Source: Octopus sinensis | Taxonomy: Eukaryota | Length of the DNA: 64,000 nt | Assembly (NCBI RefSeq): GCF_006345805.1 | Contig: NC_043002.1 | Location: 57,164,001 to 57,228,000 of the forward strand | Direction of reading: 5' to 3' | Shown here: one piece after another, positions 24,463 to 40,468 of the stretch | Layout of the letters: each line of letters opens with the position of its first letter | Position numbering within the stretch: the stretch's first letter is position 1 | Made by a program: the position numbers and the translations under genes | The notes under the pieces: generated by a model | The model's database searches: none | What the model was told of the DNA's origin: nothing | Seen by the model: the letters and a program-made list of their open reading frames with translations, nothing else

Positions 24463-25127
24463 TAGCATTAAAGACCCGTCGTTGCCGGGTCATAGTGCTA
24501 GTGCATGTATATATGTGTATATATATATGTACATATTACATGTACATCTATATATGTACATCTACACATAAAATACAAAATACAAAGTTATATCTTGATA
24601 TCGCTAGTGATAACAATACTCAGAATATATAACAGACTGAAATTGTTAGCCCGTCTCTTGTAATTTCGATCAATTGTATTTTGTCCTCCCTCTTGTATAG
24701 AAGTGTGGCTACAATCCAGCCTACCTCTACTTCTGGGAGGCGCATTAAAAATTTTTTTCCGGGACGTCCTACGACCCAAATATAAAAAAGCTTCAATGCA
24801 GTTCTGTGAGGCATTACGAGAAAAATAAGTACATGATACAAAACGCTTCAAGTAAGATTTAAAATCCCTAATGCCTACTGAACTTGCGATCTCATTTCAT
24901 GGACTTCCATTTATTATTAACTGCCAAATTTGTGTTCAAAAAATTTATTCATTACTTAACGTTCTTAATACCATATCATAAACTACTAACGAAAATGGTA
25001 GTTATACATTTTACGCTTATCAGTTTGAAACGACTTCTAACTGCGGGCTAATTCAACTTAAACAGTCCATAGGAGTGCACCATTATAATAAATTACAACC
25101 GTCCAAAGGATGGGTGCGTTTGCTAGT
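24461..25127. mobile_element. Segment bounded by two outward-facing Helitron-like 3' termini
   Basis: Left end is ACTAG plus hairpin GACCCG/CGGGTC (followed by GCTAGT at 24497-24502). Right end is a hairpin near 25097-25117 plus CTAG|T at 25123-25127. Confidence 0.45.
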
Positions 25128-25130
25128 ATA

Positions 25131-26758
25131 CAGTGGCGGCTAAAATGTTCAGAACGGCATTGTTTTCGTCAGAAAAGTAGATATAATTTTTTATCAAAGT
25201 TGTTTTATATTTTATAATTATCACAGACAATAAATACGATATTAATTGTTATTGCCTGAGATTTTGGTGTAATTTGAGAGGATAATACAAAAGTTATGGA
25301 TGATTTAATGATTTACTGCAAAACCCATGGCGGCCAAAATGATCAGAACGGTTGCTTTTACTCTGTGTTTTAGTATATTTAACCGGCAAACTCTAATGTT
25401 TTGGATTTGTTTACGTGACGGTTCGTTTACTAAACATTAGTAAGAATATTTGCAGTGTACTTTGTTAATATAATGCCACTTACTCCGTTACCAATTCGTC
25501 AGCAGATTATTAAGCTTCGAAGGAAGGATAATTTAAGTATTGGATCTATTGCAAAGATTGTTGACAAGTCAAAAAGTGTTGTATACGGTATTCTTAAGGT
25601 CTACGATGATTGTGGTTCGTGTGAAGCTAGAAAGTTTACAGGTAGGCCAAGAAAAACGACTAAGAGAGAAGGTCGTGCTATGGTAAAGTTGGTTAAAAAG
25701 GACAGATTTAAAACTGCTGCTGCTGTTTCTCGGAAAATGAGCATTGTATTGAAGAAAAGTTTATCTCGAAAAACTGTGTCTCGTCGTTTAGTTGAACATG
25801 ACCTACAAGCAAGAGCACCTGCAGTGAAGCCACTGATCAGCTCCAAGAATAAAAAGTGTCGTCTTACCTTTGCAGCCGAACATTTTTTGTGGTCTCAAGA
25901 AAAATGGCAAACGGTGCATTTCAGTGATGAATCTAAGTTTATGTTATTTGACTCAGATGGGAAAAAGTACGTTCGTTGAAAAGTATGTGAAAAATTGTCG
26001 CCTAAATGCCTTAAGACTAGTGTTAAATTCGGTGGAGGAAGTGTCATGGTTTGGGGGATGATATCTGGAGATGGTGTGGGCCCTTTGGTGCGATTACATG
26101 GAAAGGTAAATGCAGGAGTTTATAAACAACTTGTAAAAGATCATGTCTTGCCTGTGCTGAGAAATTCAATTAAGCGACCACCCATATTCATGCAGGACAA
26201 TACCCATGTCACAAGGCTAAGGTGGTCATGAACTTCCTCAAGGCTGAAAAGGTTATTGTTATGGATTGGCCTGCTCAAAGCCCAAATCTCAATCCTATTG
26301 AAAATGCATGGAATATTCTAGGAGAACGTTCGAAAGCCAGAAATTCTAAAACAACTGAGCATTTATGGAATGCCCTTCAGGAAGAATGGAATAAGATCAC
26401 CCAGCAAGAAATTGAAAATTTAATTTCCTCATGCAGTCGAAGATGTCAGAGTGTGATTGAAGCTAAAGGGCTTCACACTAAATATTAAATAATTCCAGTA
26501 TTCTCTGTCACTTTTGATTATTTTGTTATTTTTTCAACCGTTCTGATCATTTTGGCCGCCATGGGTTTTGCAGTAAATCACTAAATCATCCATAACTTTT
26601 GTATTATCCTCTCAAATTACACCAAAATCTCAGGCAATAATAAATGATATTGTATTTATTGCCTGTAAAAATTATAGAATATAAAACTACTTTGATAAAA
26701 ACTTATACTTACTTTTCTGACGAAAACAATGCCGTTCTGAACATTTTGACCGCAGCTG
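25131..26758 (+). mobile_element. Tc1-family (DD34E) transposon with IR/DR-type long TIRs
   Basis: ~224 bp TIRs (25131-25354 and 26535-26758), each with outer and inner repeats GCGGC(T/C)AAAATG(T/A)TCAGAACGG. TA duplication at 25129-25130 and 26759-26760. Confidence 0.95.
25473..26488 (+). pseudogene. Tc1 transposase, ~338 aa, with two lesions
   Basis: N-terminal HTH with GRPRK, then FSDESKF, KFGGGSVMVWG, MQDN and WPAQSPNLNPIENAW (D-34-E once corrected). In-frame TGA at 25977-25979 and a 1 nt deletion near 26202. Confidence 0.95.
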
Positions 26759-26843
26759 TATATGGTTAAACTCTTTCTTCGATAATGATACGAGTGAGGA
26801 GTCTAATGTGGGTCTTGTATTAGCATGCATATATATATTAGAG

Positions 26844-26938
26844 AGAATGAGATAACAAACGCAAGGCTGTGAGGAGTTTTCATGATATTTATAATGTCCT
26901 GAAAACTCCTCACAGCCTTGGGTTTGTTATCTCATTCT
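26844..26938. repeat. 39 bp inverted repeat with a 17 bp loop (same family as 49081-49341)
   Basis: AGAATGAGATAACAAACGCAAGGCTGTGAGGAGTTTTCA and its reverse complement, with one mismatch. Confidence 0.85.
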
Positions 26939-26940
26939 GT

Positions 26941-27034
<94 letters not shown>

Positions 27035-27584
27035 ATTAGATTCATTTAAGGTAAACAATATCGTCCATCATCTCATGCTAAAATAATACATTCGTATTAT
27101 TAGTCCCGTTTTTCCGTTCAGTCTTTCTGTCTTCGAACAAAAACCCCATGAAAAAAGCAAAAACCAAAACAACCCCACCCAAAAACAAAAAGCAAAAAAA
27201 AAAAGGAAAAGAAGCAAAACAACAACTGCACTACGATGTACAATGGCTACTTAATATGTCATCTGTGGCTTAAATGTAGCTTGAAAAGAACTTAATTACT
27301 TTACAGTTAACAAGGCTGATTATTGCAAGGGACGAGGTCCGTCATGCATGTACTTTAAGGTGAGCGCACACAGACGCACAGCCATTAACACACACGCACA
27401 TGCGCGCACTTACTCATACACACGCGCACACTTTAATGGCACGTCGACTTTGGAGCATCGTTGACGCTTGAGACTATCTTTCCTCCTCATGTGGAGCTAG
27501 TCTTAATTGCCATTTGATAATTAAGATCGATCCTCCTGAAGCGGCGGGGACGATTTTAATAAATCAGAAATTTATGTCGTATAG

Positions 27585-28427
27585 TATAAAATGCAACTGA
27601 ACGAGGGAAAATTTGAGCTGATGCATTTTGGAAGAAAATTTATACTAAAACAGCCACACTCTCTCCCTTCAGGAGAACCGCTCACGGCATCTAATAATAT
27701 CAGAGACCTGGGTGCAATTGTAGATAACAATCTCAGTAGGAGTGCCCACTTCAACAATAAGGTCGATATAGCTCGTAGGATGAGCTCCTGGATCTTAAGA
27801 ACCTTCCGGTCCAGAGAACAAGGTGTCATCATTCCACTTTTCTCCTCCTTTGTACGGCCACACCTTGTGGTCTCCCCATACAAAACAAAACATCTTGAGG
27901 AGTGAATCACCCCAGAGGGCACTCACTAAACGAATTGAAGGCATGACTGATCTCGATTACTGGGACCGCCTTAAAGCCTTGAAACTCTACTCTCTCAAGC
28001 GCCGCCGCGAGCGCGGTACATCATTTGTACGATGTAGAGAATATACCGCCAGCATTGTCCAAACAACCTGAACATTAGTTTCAGGGTTCATCCAAGGCTG
28101 GGACCATGGGCCATATGTCCCGTACCCAATTCAGGATCACAGCATATAGGTACACTGCGACATAATTTCTTTTCGTCAACAGGCCTTGCCCTGTTTAACA
28201 TTGTCCCGAAAGAGATTAAAGAGGAAAAGGATCCCAACACCTTTAAACAGAGTCTGGACAGATTTCTTCAAGGAATACCGGATAAGCCACCTTTACCTGG
28301 ATACAACTCACTCAACAAGAATTCATTACTTGAATGGACCATAAACAAACGTGACTTAAAAAGGATTTAGATAATGGCCTGGACCAATCTTTGGTTGAAA
28401 CATATCTAAGTTTTATCTAAGTTTTAT
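27585..28427 (+). mobile_element. 5'-truncated CR1/L2-group LINE (RT C-terminus plus 3' UTR)
   Basis: MQLNEGKFELMHFG...IRDLGAIVDNNL...ILRTF...VRPHL; ESPQRALTKRIEG..LDYWDRLKALKLYSL.RRRER. Ends in (ATCTAAGTTTT)x2. Confidence 0.85.
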
Positions 28428-29114
28428 ATACTTCTGGTTCTCTCTCTCTCTCTACGTCTTTCTCTCTCTCTGTGTCTCTCTCTACGTCTCTCTGTGTGTC
28501 TCTTTCTGTGTCTCTTTCTTTGTATCTCTCTCTGTCTCTTTCTATGTCTCTTTCTCTGTGTCTCTCTGTGTCGCTTTCTATGTCTCTCTCTCTAGGTCTC
28601 TCTCTCTCTTTGTTTCTTTCTACGTTTCTCTCTCCCCCTCTTTCTCTACGTCTCTCTCTCCCCTCTCCCTCTCTATGTCTCTCTCTCTCTCTCTCTCGCC
28701 ATGATAGATTTTATTGTATATAGAAATCGAAATATGTCGAAGTATGTATTGGCGTGGGAACAGTAACTCCGTCATATTTTCTTGTTGAATAAACATTGTC
28801 TATATTCGTAGATGTTTACTGAAGCGTTTAAGACTTTTATTTCAGAAGAAAACCATTGTAAAAATGGAAGGTGGATATGACACATTGTTCGAACAATAAC
28901 AAATCACGTGCATTTGTATCTGTATGCGTATATGTACGAATGTGGGTGTACGTACATTCATACATACAAATATATCTATATACATTTATTCAATGTGTAA
29001 GTGTAAGTTTATCGTAGGTTATAAAATACATGAGTGTTGTGTAGGTATTTGTAAGCGCATTTCTCAACATTTTTTCATAAACATTGAGCCCCATGTACAT
29101 GCGAAAAACTACAC

Positions 29115-29240
<126 letters not shown>

Positions 29241-29267
29241 ATCTCCATAAATGCACACCACTCTGTA

Positions 29268-29311
<44 letters not shown>

Positions 29312-29315
29312 ATTA

Positions 29316-29351
<36 letters not shown>

Positions 29352-29627
29352 TGTATATGTATATGTAATATAGTGGTATAATATAATACATACACACATA
29401 CACACACGTACATACACACAAAATTATAGACATAAAAGCATATATGTGTATATGTGTATGGCCTATATTTACCTGTATCATTGTTTATAATCACATATTT
29501 TCAGGTCTGTACAAGTGCAGGATCATGGTTTTACTGCCATAAATGGATTTAAATTTGTTGCTTTTGTAATGAAACATTCCTACGTTAGCAGTGGACTATA
29601 AATATGTCATTTCGTTTGAGTGCTGCC

Positions 29628-29880
<253 letters not shown>

Positions 29881-29959
29881 GCTAGCTAGCTAGCTTCCTT
29901 GATTTGAGAACTCAAAGACGCTAGCACACAGACACACACACGTATGTGTGTATGTTATA

Positions 29960-30007
<48 letters not shown>

Positions 30008-30015
30008 AGTATATA

Positions 30016-30083
30016 ATTCTTAAACAAGAACATTATTGCTAGTAACTTCGAAGTTACTGTCAATAATATTCTTGTTTAAGAAT
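30016..30083. repeat. Imperfect 68 bp palindrome centred on TTCGAA
   Basis: ATTCTTAAACAAGAACATTATTGCTAGTAACTT-CG-AAGTTACTGTCAATAATATTCTTGTTTAAGAAT. Confidence 0.85.
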
Positions 30084-30726
30084 GATAAGGTTGTACTCTA
30101 CAAAAATATAGAGTAGCCCATCAGATTAATGTAAAATTGTTTCTAATATACGAGTAATTGCAGAAACAATACTGCCAACACATCATCGAAATTTCTGTGA
30201 ATGTAGAAGGCTTCTTCGTAATCCTTGACAGAATTTGTTGTGTCGTCAGGTTCCTTCAGAGACTAATTTAATCAAATACCTCTGTTGCCCGTAAGGATCT
30301 TTTTTATTCAGCCGGTCAGCTGAATCAGACGTTCCCAAACGGCGATTAATGTCTTCACATTTGAATCTGCAAGAAGGCATTAAGAGCAAATATGCAGATA
30401 ATCGTTTCAGATTTCGCTGTATAACGTACAAATAATGCTATTTTTTTTTATTGCTTGGCAGATATGAATACTGATCAGAAAAAAACAAATTGGTCACTGA
30501 AATAATAAACAAAGCCAGAGGCTTGTTTAGGCCCAAAGGTTTGGGTACTTCTGGCTGACGGACGCAACGTTTTGAAACACCGGTGTCCCGGAATCGCTTG
30601 CCCCATGAGCCGAGTGTGTTATTAACACTGTCGTCGCGAAAGGGAGAAATCATTCTTCTGTGACCTACGCAACAGCGACTAACATATTGGAATCTGCAGA
30701 AACTCATTAAGGACAATATATATATA

Positions 30727-31908
30727 CACACAGACATGACAGAAATAAATAGACACCCGTATAATTATTAAAATTTATTTAAATCCGAAATTATAATTCA
30801 GATTATTTATTAATTGTTATAATGTGAATATTTGATATTTAGTAGACACGCTTTTGGCAATTTTCAATACAAGGACCCTATTAGGCATGTTACTGATCAG
30901 ACGACGAATATTCTGTGGAATTTCTTGCCAAGCTTCATGCAGTAATCTCAAAAGACCTGACTTTGAAGATGCTTTCTTGTTCTTTTTATGAAGTGTCCTG
31001 TCCATTATGTCCCAGAGATGTTCAATAGAGTTCATATCTGGTGACTGACTTGGCATGGAAGCTTTTTAATGCCATTCTCATCCAACAAATCTTGGATCAT
31101 GTTAGCCATGTGACAAGGAATCCTGTTTTCCATAAATATAAAGTCTTCTTTAATAATTTCCCCATTGGAGAAGATTGGGAAGAGTCATTTCTGAATTATG
31201 GACACATATTTATCTGAGTTTATGTTTCCCTCACACTCCACCAGCTCTGATCAACCATTGCTCCAAATTACTCCCCAGACCATCACAGAATAATTGCCGT
31301 GTTTTATTGTTGACTGCAAGAGCCTCCAGACCCACACTCGACCACTGTCAGGAAATACAGCAAATCTGAACTCATCAAAGAATATGATGTCCTAAAATGT
31401 CATCTCACTGGCCCGACCTTTTCTGCGCTTGATAATGACTGGTCGAAGAAGTGACTTCCTTCTTGCTGCTCTGTAACCAAATTTGTGGAGATACCTGACA
31501 GCTGTTCTGGGACTGACATCAACTTGTTCTGCTATGTCAGAGGCCTTGTAACGAGGATTACCCTCCGCACTTCTCTTAACAAAGAGAAAGGTCATGTCAG
31601 AAGGCCCTGGTTGATCTGGACTCAGCTGGATGTGGACCCCTTCCCCTCTCTGTTGAATTTCATAACCACTCTATTAACTCTAGAAAGCGGGATCCCAAAG
31701 TTTTCTTCGGTTTTACGCTGATTATGCCCACCTTCAGAATGACCCACAATACGGCATCTTTGAAATTGAGACAGCTCCAAGGCTTCATTTGTACATGGCG
31801 AGATTAAACAGCCACATATAGAACCCAAAACATAAAAATGTCAATAAAAATATAAAGTTAGAATAAATAAAACGATGTTTTATGGGGTGTCTATTTATGT
31901 CATGTGTG
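30727..31908 (-). mobile_element. Decayed Tc1-family transposon
   Basis: ~25 bp TIRs (CATGAC..ATAAATAGACACCC). Minus-strand fragments read ELSQFQRCRIVG (HTH), ASDIAEQVDVSPRT and PSQSPDMNSIEHLW...AWQEIP...STKY. Confidence 0.85.
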
Positions 31909-31926
31909 CGTGCGTGCGCTTGCGCG

Positions 31927-31975
<49 letters not shown>

Positions 31976-32127
31976 GATATATATATATATATATATATAT
32001 TACAATCTGCATACAACAACCTACATAGTTATCTCCATTCATAGGCACAACACAACAACAATAATAATATATTATTTTACCCCAGTGTCACTTTGATGGC
32101 ATGCACTGCTTTCTCACTCACTCACTC

Positions 32128-32164
<37 letters not shown>

Positions 32165-32663
32165 TACTAAACAACCAAATATACAAAAATATTTAATATT
32201 CACACTATACGCAGAGAGAAATTTTGTTGTAGTCTCTGACATTTCATTCAACAGATATCAATCATATATTCAAACAGATGTCAGTGTGTTGCTGTAAAAT
32301 TCTATTTGCAATTAAGCCGTAATAATGAGTTCACTGTAATCATTAAGACAGTCATGTCTTTATCATTATTAAAAATATATAGATATTTACTGCTTTAGTC
32401 ATTTTTAAGTCACGCTCCTGTAAATCCCGCTCCTAGTTTAATTTTGCCATTGTTCACCATGATTCTTTTCCCATTTTGCTTTAGTCTTTCGTCATAATTT
32501 TTTTTCCTCACTTCCTCCCTCCCTCTCACGTTCCGTCTCTTCTCACATCCCCTTCTCTCTTTCTTTCTCTTCTATATTTCTCATTCTCTCCATTTGTAGT
32601 CCCTTTCCTTCTTTTTACTCTATTTATTTCTTTGTTGTGGCCTGATATTATTAACCTTTTCTT

Positions 32664-32757
<94 letters not shown>

Positions 32758-32958
32758 GTCTGTCTCTCTATCTGTCTGTCTGTCTGTTTTTGAGGCTATA
32801 ATGCAATGAATTTGTTTAATGTGCCACGTCGAATGTATTTCTTTACCGGAGACTCTCTGTCGCAGACACGCAGTATTTAAGATTGTTACGAAACCTTTCG
32901 TTGCGCTTTTTTGTGCTTTTACACTTCAATATTGTATGTGTCTTATTGTCCACACACA

Positions 32959-33013
<55 letters not shown>

Positions 33014-33043
33014 ACACATACACACACGCACACACATATATAT

Positions 33044-34808
<1,765 letters not shown>

Positions 34809-34925
34809 CACACACAGACACACACACACACATAAACACAAACACACACACAAGCACGCACATAAACACTCTCACACACATATCCATATATATATAAACA
34901 CATATGTACATACAGATATATGTAC

Positions 34926-34980
<55 letters not shown>

Positions 34981-35030
34981 GTAGAACCTCGGTTTACGAA
35001 CGCCTCTGATCACAAATAAATCGTGCTTTA

Positions 35031-35105
<75 letters not shown>

Positions 35106-35697
35106 TGGAAGGTTTGGAGATGATGTACAGGTATTTTATATTAGAAGAAATGAGGTACTCAGAAAATCGGATGGTTTATATTTACAGATATTTATTTGTA
35201 TATTACATTTTTAATACATCATATAACTTAGATCATGTATTAGCGCTTTCTCCCATTCTAGTGGGGTTTTCAAATCAAACCAAGTTCCTGTGTGAAAAGT
35301 TTTGACCATTTTATAGTGGTATTGAGTTTGTAGTGGTAGGGAGGAATATAAGACAGTACAAGAGGGTGACGGATGAGGAGAAAGTGAGAGAGAGAGCATG
35401 TGTGTGTGTGTGCGTGCGTGTGTGTGCTTTTGTATTTGGAAAGAATCTATCATCATATATATGTGTGTGTGTGTGTGCGTGCGTGTGTGTGTCTGTGTGT
35501 GTGTATGTATGTACGTATATTGTTTTATCTATGTCACTATTTTCTCCCTCGATGCGCGCACATACATAGAAATTTGATACGCTTGTCTTTTTGTTCTGTA
35601 TCTACTAAATTATGCCTATAAGTTTCATGAATGTTGTAATGTATATTTTGTACAGTAATACCTTGAAATAATGACTCTCTCTTTCATTAAGGTTGCG

Positions 35698-35727
35698 CTA
35701 ATAATAATAATAATAATGATGATGATG

Positions 35728-35780
<53 letters not shown>
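35698..35780. repeat. (TAA)n/(TGA)n tract, left flank of the R4/Dong element
   Basis: Pure TAA run directly abutting the element's 5' end. Confidence 0.95.
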
Positions 35781-35782
<2 letters not shown>

Positions 35783-38700
35783 GGAGAACACCGGGGGACT
35801 TTTAAGATGTAAGAAGGAAAATTCAGAGCTCCGAAACCTATCCACAAACATCGAAAACAAGGACATCCTATGGAGCCAAAGTTTTACTAACAAAGAATTG
35901 GACTGTATCCGAGTAAGTAATACAAATTGAAATTTATTACTATTTTGGAAACGAAATGATGTATTTTGACTCGATATCATCTCCACCTCTAACGCAACAC
36001 ATGTAAACATGCGTGAAACATCACGATCATCTCCGACCCAAAACACCATGTACAAAGGAACTACGAAGAATTAAATGCCACCGATACTATTCAACCCAAG
36101 AATAACAATCGAGCGGTACGTACATTAAACCTACAACAAAAAATGTACGAAAAACTACACGTGCGAAATAATGTGACAACAGAAATAACGGACCGGTACC
36201 CTACGAAAATGACGACCGTCAAAATAATGGGCCGGACGTTGTACCTCATGTCCCGCAAATAAAACCCAAAAGACGTAAATGGACACGTGAGGAATACATT
36301 TCTATCTTACACGCATACTTCACAGCAGTACTCTACCCAAAAAATGAAAATACAACAACACATACATATAAAATATGGAAGGAAAATAATAGAGATTTAG
36401 ACTTGGATACAGCAATGAACCCTAATAAATTAGCTAACGTACGAAGATACATTCTCAACACAAAAAAAATATCAGAAATAGAAATAGAACACCTAAAAGA
36501 AAACATACACCAGGAAAATGTAGATAGAAGCCACACAACAATGCCCAATAATATAAACACTGAAACTGTAAAACACGAAGACAAACGCAACATTCCCAAC
36601 AAACACGATGTAAAAACGAAGGGGAGCCTAATGATTATGATAATATAAAAAATAAAATAATCAAAGAACTAAAAACCACAGAGCTCAAAATGGACCACCG
36701 ACCATACCTCCCAAGAATAAAAATAAACGCAATAACAACACCAATTATAAACAACATAAACCTAGCCGTCACTGAACTAGCCACTGAAACAAAAAAAGTG
36801 ATATCACTGAACTAAATGACTTGATATACGCAGCAGCCACTGCAGCCACAAAAGAAGCTGGATACTCACCCAAACCCGCCCAAACAGGAGTACCACCACC
36901 CAAACCCCCTGTGATAAATAACATCCAAAACAAAATAAAAAAATTAGAAAAGACCTGTCGATTCTTAATGAAATCAGCAAACAAGCAACGCTACTGAGCA
37001 ACAAAAAGAGAACAAAAATGCTCCGCAAATATAACACCACAGAAAAAGATTTGCCGGAGATAAAAGAAAAGCTGAAGCAAGATATCCTTGCCAAAGCTCA
37101 AAGGATCCGCCGGTACGAGAACGCCAACGCTTCTTTGAACAGAACAAAAAGTTCAACTCCGACCCCAAAAAGTCTATCAAGAACTTGGCAAAAATAAAAT
37201 AGAAGTCACTGCAGCACCAACGGCAGAAGAATTGGAATAATTCTGGGAGAAATATGGTCGGCGAACGAACCACCAAAAAAAGGAGTATCAAAATAACAAA
37301 CTCGGCATCTGAACAAACTTGGACCCCCATAACAACTGAAGAGGTCACCCAGGCACTGCAAAGACTAAGCAACTGGAAGGCACCTGGGCATGACAAGATC
37401 CCCAACTTCTGGTTGAAATATCTAACAGGAATGCACAAAAAGCTGGCTGAAAACTTTAACAACGTACTAGCAGAGCCAGAGACAATGCCTGAATGGCTCA
37501 CGAAGGGAAACCCATCTTAATTCCAAATCAAATGAAACAGAAAAAACCAGAAAACTACAGACAATAACTGCCTCCTCCCTACTATGTTCAAGGCATTTAC
37601 TGCAGTGATATCACAAAGGCTGAACAAGCACCTGGACGAATACAAACTGTTCCCAGAAGAGCAGAAAGGATGCCGCAAAGGCTCATATGGCTGTAAAGAT
37701 CAACTAATGATTAATAAAGCCATAACTGAAGACAGCCACAGAAAGAAGAAAGGGTCTAAGTATGGCCTGGATTGACTACAAAAAGGCGTTTGATAGCATC
37801 CCCCACACATGGATCCTCGAAACACTAGCCATTAACAAAGTAGCACCAACAATCATAAAATTCATAGAGCACTCTATGAATAAATGGCAAACAGTCCTAC
37901 ACCTCCAAACAAAAGAGGGACTCATGAAAACCAAAGACATCCCCATTAGAAGAGGAATATTCCAGGGAGATACGCTCTCTCCACTCCTTTTCTGCTTGGC
38001 ACTGTCACCTCTATCTGATATGCTAAATAGAACTGGATGCGGATATAAATGTTACGGCAAAACGATCAGCCACCTTTTATATATGGATGACCTAAAACTA
38101 TACGCTGCAAATGACAAACAGCTGGAAACACTATTAAGACAGTTCATGGATTTACCAAAGAAATAGATATGAAATTTGGATTAGAAAAATGCGCCAAAGT
38201 AACCATGAAAAGAGGAAAACTAGTTAAGAGTAACAACATCACACTAGATGAAGCAAATGAAATAAAAGAATTAGACCAAAGCCAAACTTACAAATACTTA
38301 GGAATCCATGAACTAGATAAGACACAACACACACAAATGAAAGAGAAAATAAAAAAAGATTATAGACGAGTTAGATCAATACTAAAAACAGAGCTCAATG
38401 CTAAAAACAAGATAATAGGTATCAACACTTTAGCTGTCCCAGTTATAAGTTACAGCTACAATATCCTTAACTGGACACGAAATGAACTGACCAAAATAGA
38501 CAGGAAAACAAGAAAAATAATGACAGGATCTAGGATGCATCACCCAAAATCTGACATAGAAAGACTATATATACAACGTATAGAAGGTGGTAGAGGCCTT
38601 ATACAGCTGGAAAACTACTATAAAATACCCACCATAGGACTGCAAAAATATCTACTTCAGAAGGAAGGAAAACTGATCCAGATAGCGGCAAAACACGAGC

Positions 38701-39730
38701 AAAACAAAAACTGTTCTCAGTATTTAAGGAAGCTGACAATACAAACAGAAATCATACCACCTAATAAACATGAAGAAGAAGAAGAAGAAGATGAAGAAAC
38801 ACAAAAGCTATAAAAAAATGAAATCCAAACTAAAAATAGAACAGCAACGAACCATGATAAAACGATGGCAAGAAAAACCCCTTCATGGTAAATACTGGAC
38901 TAACTAAACGCAAAAGAAATAGACAAAGAAAAAATCCCAGCAATGGTTGAGAAGCTCAGGACTCAAAGCAGAAACAGAGGGATTTTTAATTGCAGCACAA
39001 GACCAAAGCCTCCCCACCAGAAATTACCAAAAACATGTAATGAAAAGAATATTACAAGTAACTGCAGAATATGTGGAGATGGACAAGAAACAATAAATCA
39101 TATTATCTCTAGCTGCCCAGTCCTGGCTAAGAAGGAATATATTCACAGACATGACAGAGTTGGAACTTACATACATTGGAAGCTATGCCAACATTATGGA
39201 ATAACAACAGAAAAAAGATGGTATAGGCACACACCAGAAAAGGTCACAGAAAACGAGAAAGCAACCATACTCTGGGATATGCCGATACACACAGATAGAG
39301 AAATTAAGGCCAACAGACCAGATATAGTTGTCAGAGACCATGAAGAAAAAAAATGTTTTCTAATTGATGTATCAATACCAGCGGATGACAACGTGTCTCT
39401 AAAAAAATGGAGAAACTCTCAAAATACAAAGACCTGGAAATAGAGGTAACTAGAATGTGGAATCTGAAAACAGAAACAATTCCTATCATAGTAGGTGCAT
39501 TAGGCATGATAAAAAATATTCAGACAAATACATAACAAAAACACCAGGACTTACAAACACATATAACATACAGAAAATTGCACTACTAGGCACTGCACAC
39601 ATCCTACGCAGAACACTTTCCATACAATAACCATCAGAGCATCACAACAAATCACAGCACATACCCAAGGCACACAGAGCTGCGCTCGGTAGTGAAGTGA
39701 AAGCACGCTATAAAAATAAAAATAAAACTA

Positions 39731-39733
<3 letters not shown>
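35781..39733 (+). mobile_element. Near-full-length R4/Dong-clade non-LTR retrotransposon in (TAA)n
   Basis: Flanked by (TAA)n on both sides. Single-ORF layout with an N-terminal KWTREEY motif, RT, CCHC finger and RLE. Dong elements are known (TAA)n inserters. Confidence 0.9.
36009..39630 (+). pseudogene. RT / CCHC / RLE polyprotein, frameshifted in this assembly
   Basis: WKAPGHDKIPNFWLK, EQKGCRKG, WIDYKKAFDS, RGIFQGDTLSPLLF, YMDD (38080-38091), FGLEKC, YKYLG, CRIC-HIISSC (39063-39116), NRPDIV...LIDVSIP. The start position is approximate. Confidence 0.85.
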
Positions 39734-39764
<31 letters not shown>

Positions 39765-39799
39765 TATAATAATAATAATAATATAATAATAATAATAAT

Positions 39800-40390
39800 A
39801 AGGAATATATTCACAGACATGACGGAGTTGGAACCTACATACATTGGAAGCTATGCCAACATTATGGAATAACAACAGAAAAAAGATGGTATAGGCACAC
39901 ACCAGAAAAGTCACAGAAAACGAGAAGCACCAACCATACTCTGGGATATGCCGATACACACAGATAGAGAAATTAAGCCAACAGACCAGATATAGTTGTC
40001 AAGATCATGAAGAAAAAAAAAATGCTTTCTAATTGATGTATCAATACCGGCTGATGACAACGTGTCCTAAAAAGAAATGGAGAAACTCTCAAAATACAAA
40101 GACCTAGAAATAGAGGTAACCAGAATGTGGAATCTAAAAACAGAAACAATTCCTATCATAGTAGGTGCATTAGGCATGATAAAAAATATTCAGACAAATA
40201 CATAACAAAACCAGGACTTACAAACACATATAACATACAGAAAATGCACTACTAGGCACTGCACACATCCTACGCAGAACACTTTCCATACATAACCATC
40301 AGAGCATCACAACAAATCACAGCACATACCCAGGACACAGAGCTGCGCTCGGTAGTGAAGTGAAAGCACGCTATAAAAATAAAACTACTG
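39800..40390 (+). mobile_element. Second, 5'-truncated copy of the same R4/Dong element
   Basis: Duplicates 39132-39733 almost exactly and is bounded by (TAA)n on both sides. Confidence 0.9.
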
Positions 40391-40423
40391 AATAATAATA
40401 ATAAAAAAAAAATAATAATGATG

Positions 40424-40468
<45 letters not shown>

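Noticed and set aside
30090-30720. Minus-strand ORFs of 61 and 99 aa next to the decayed Tc1
   Set aside because: No motif recognised in any frame.
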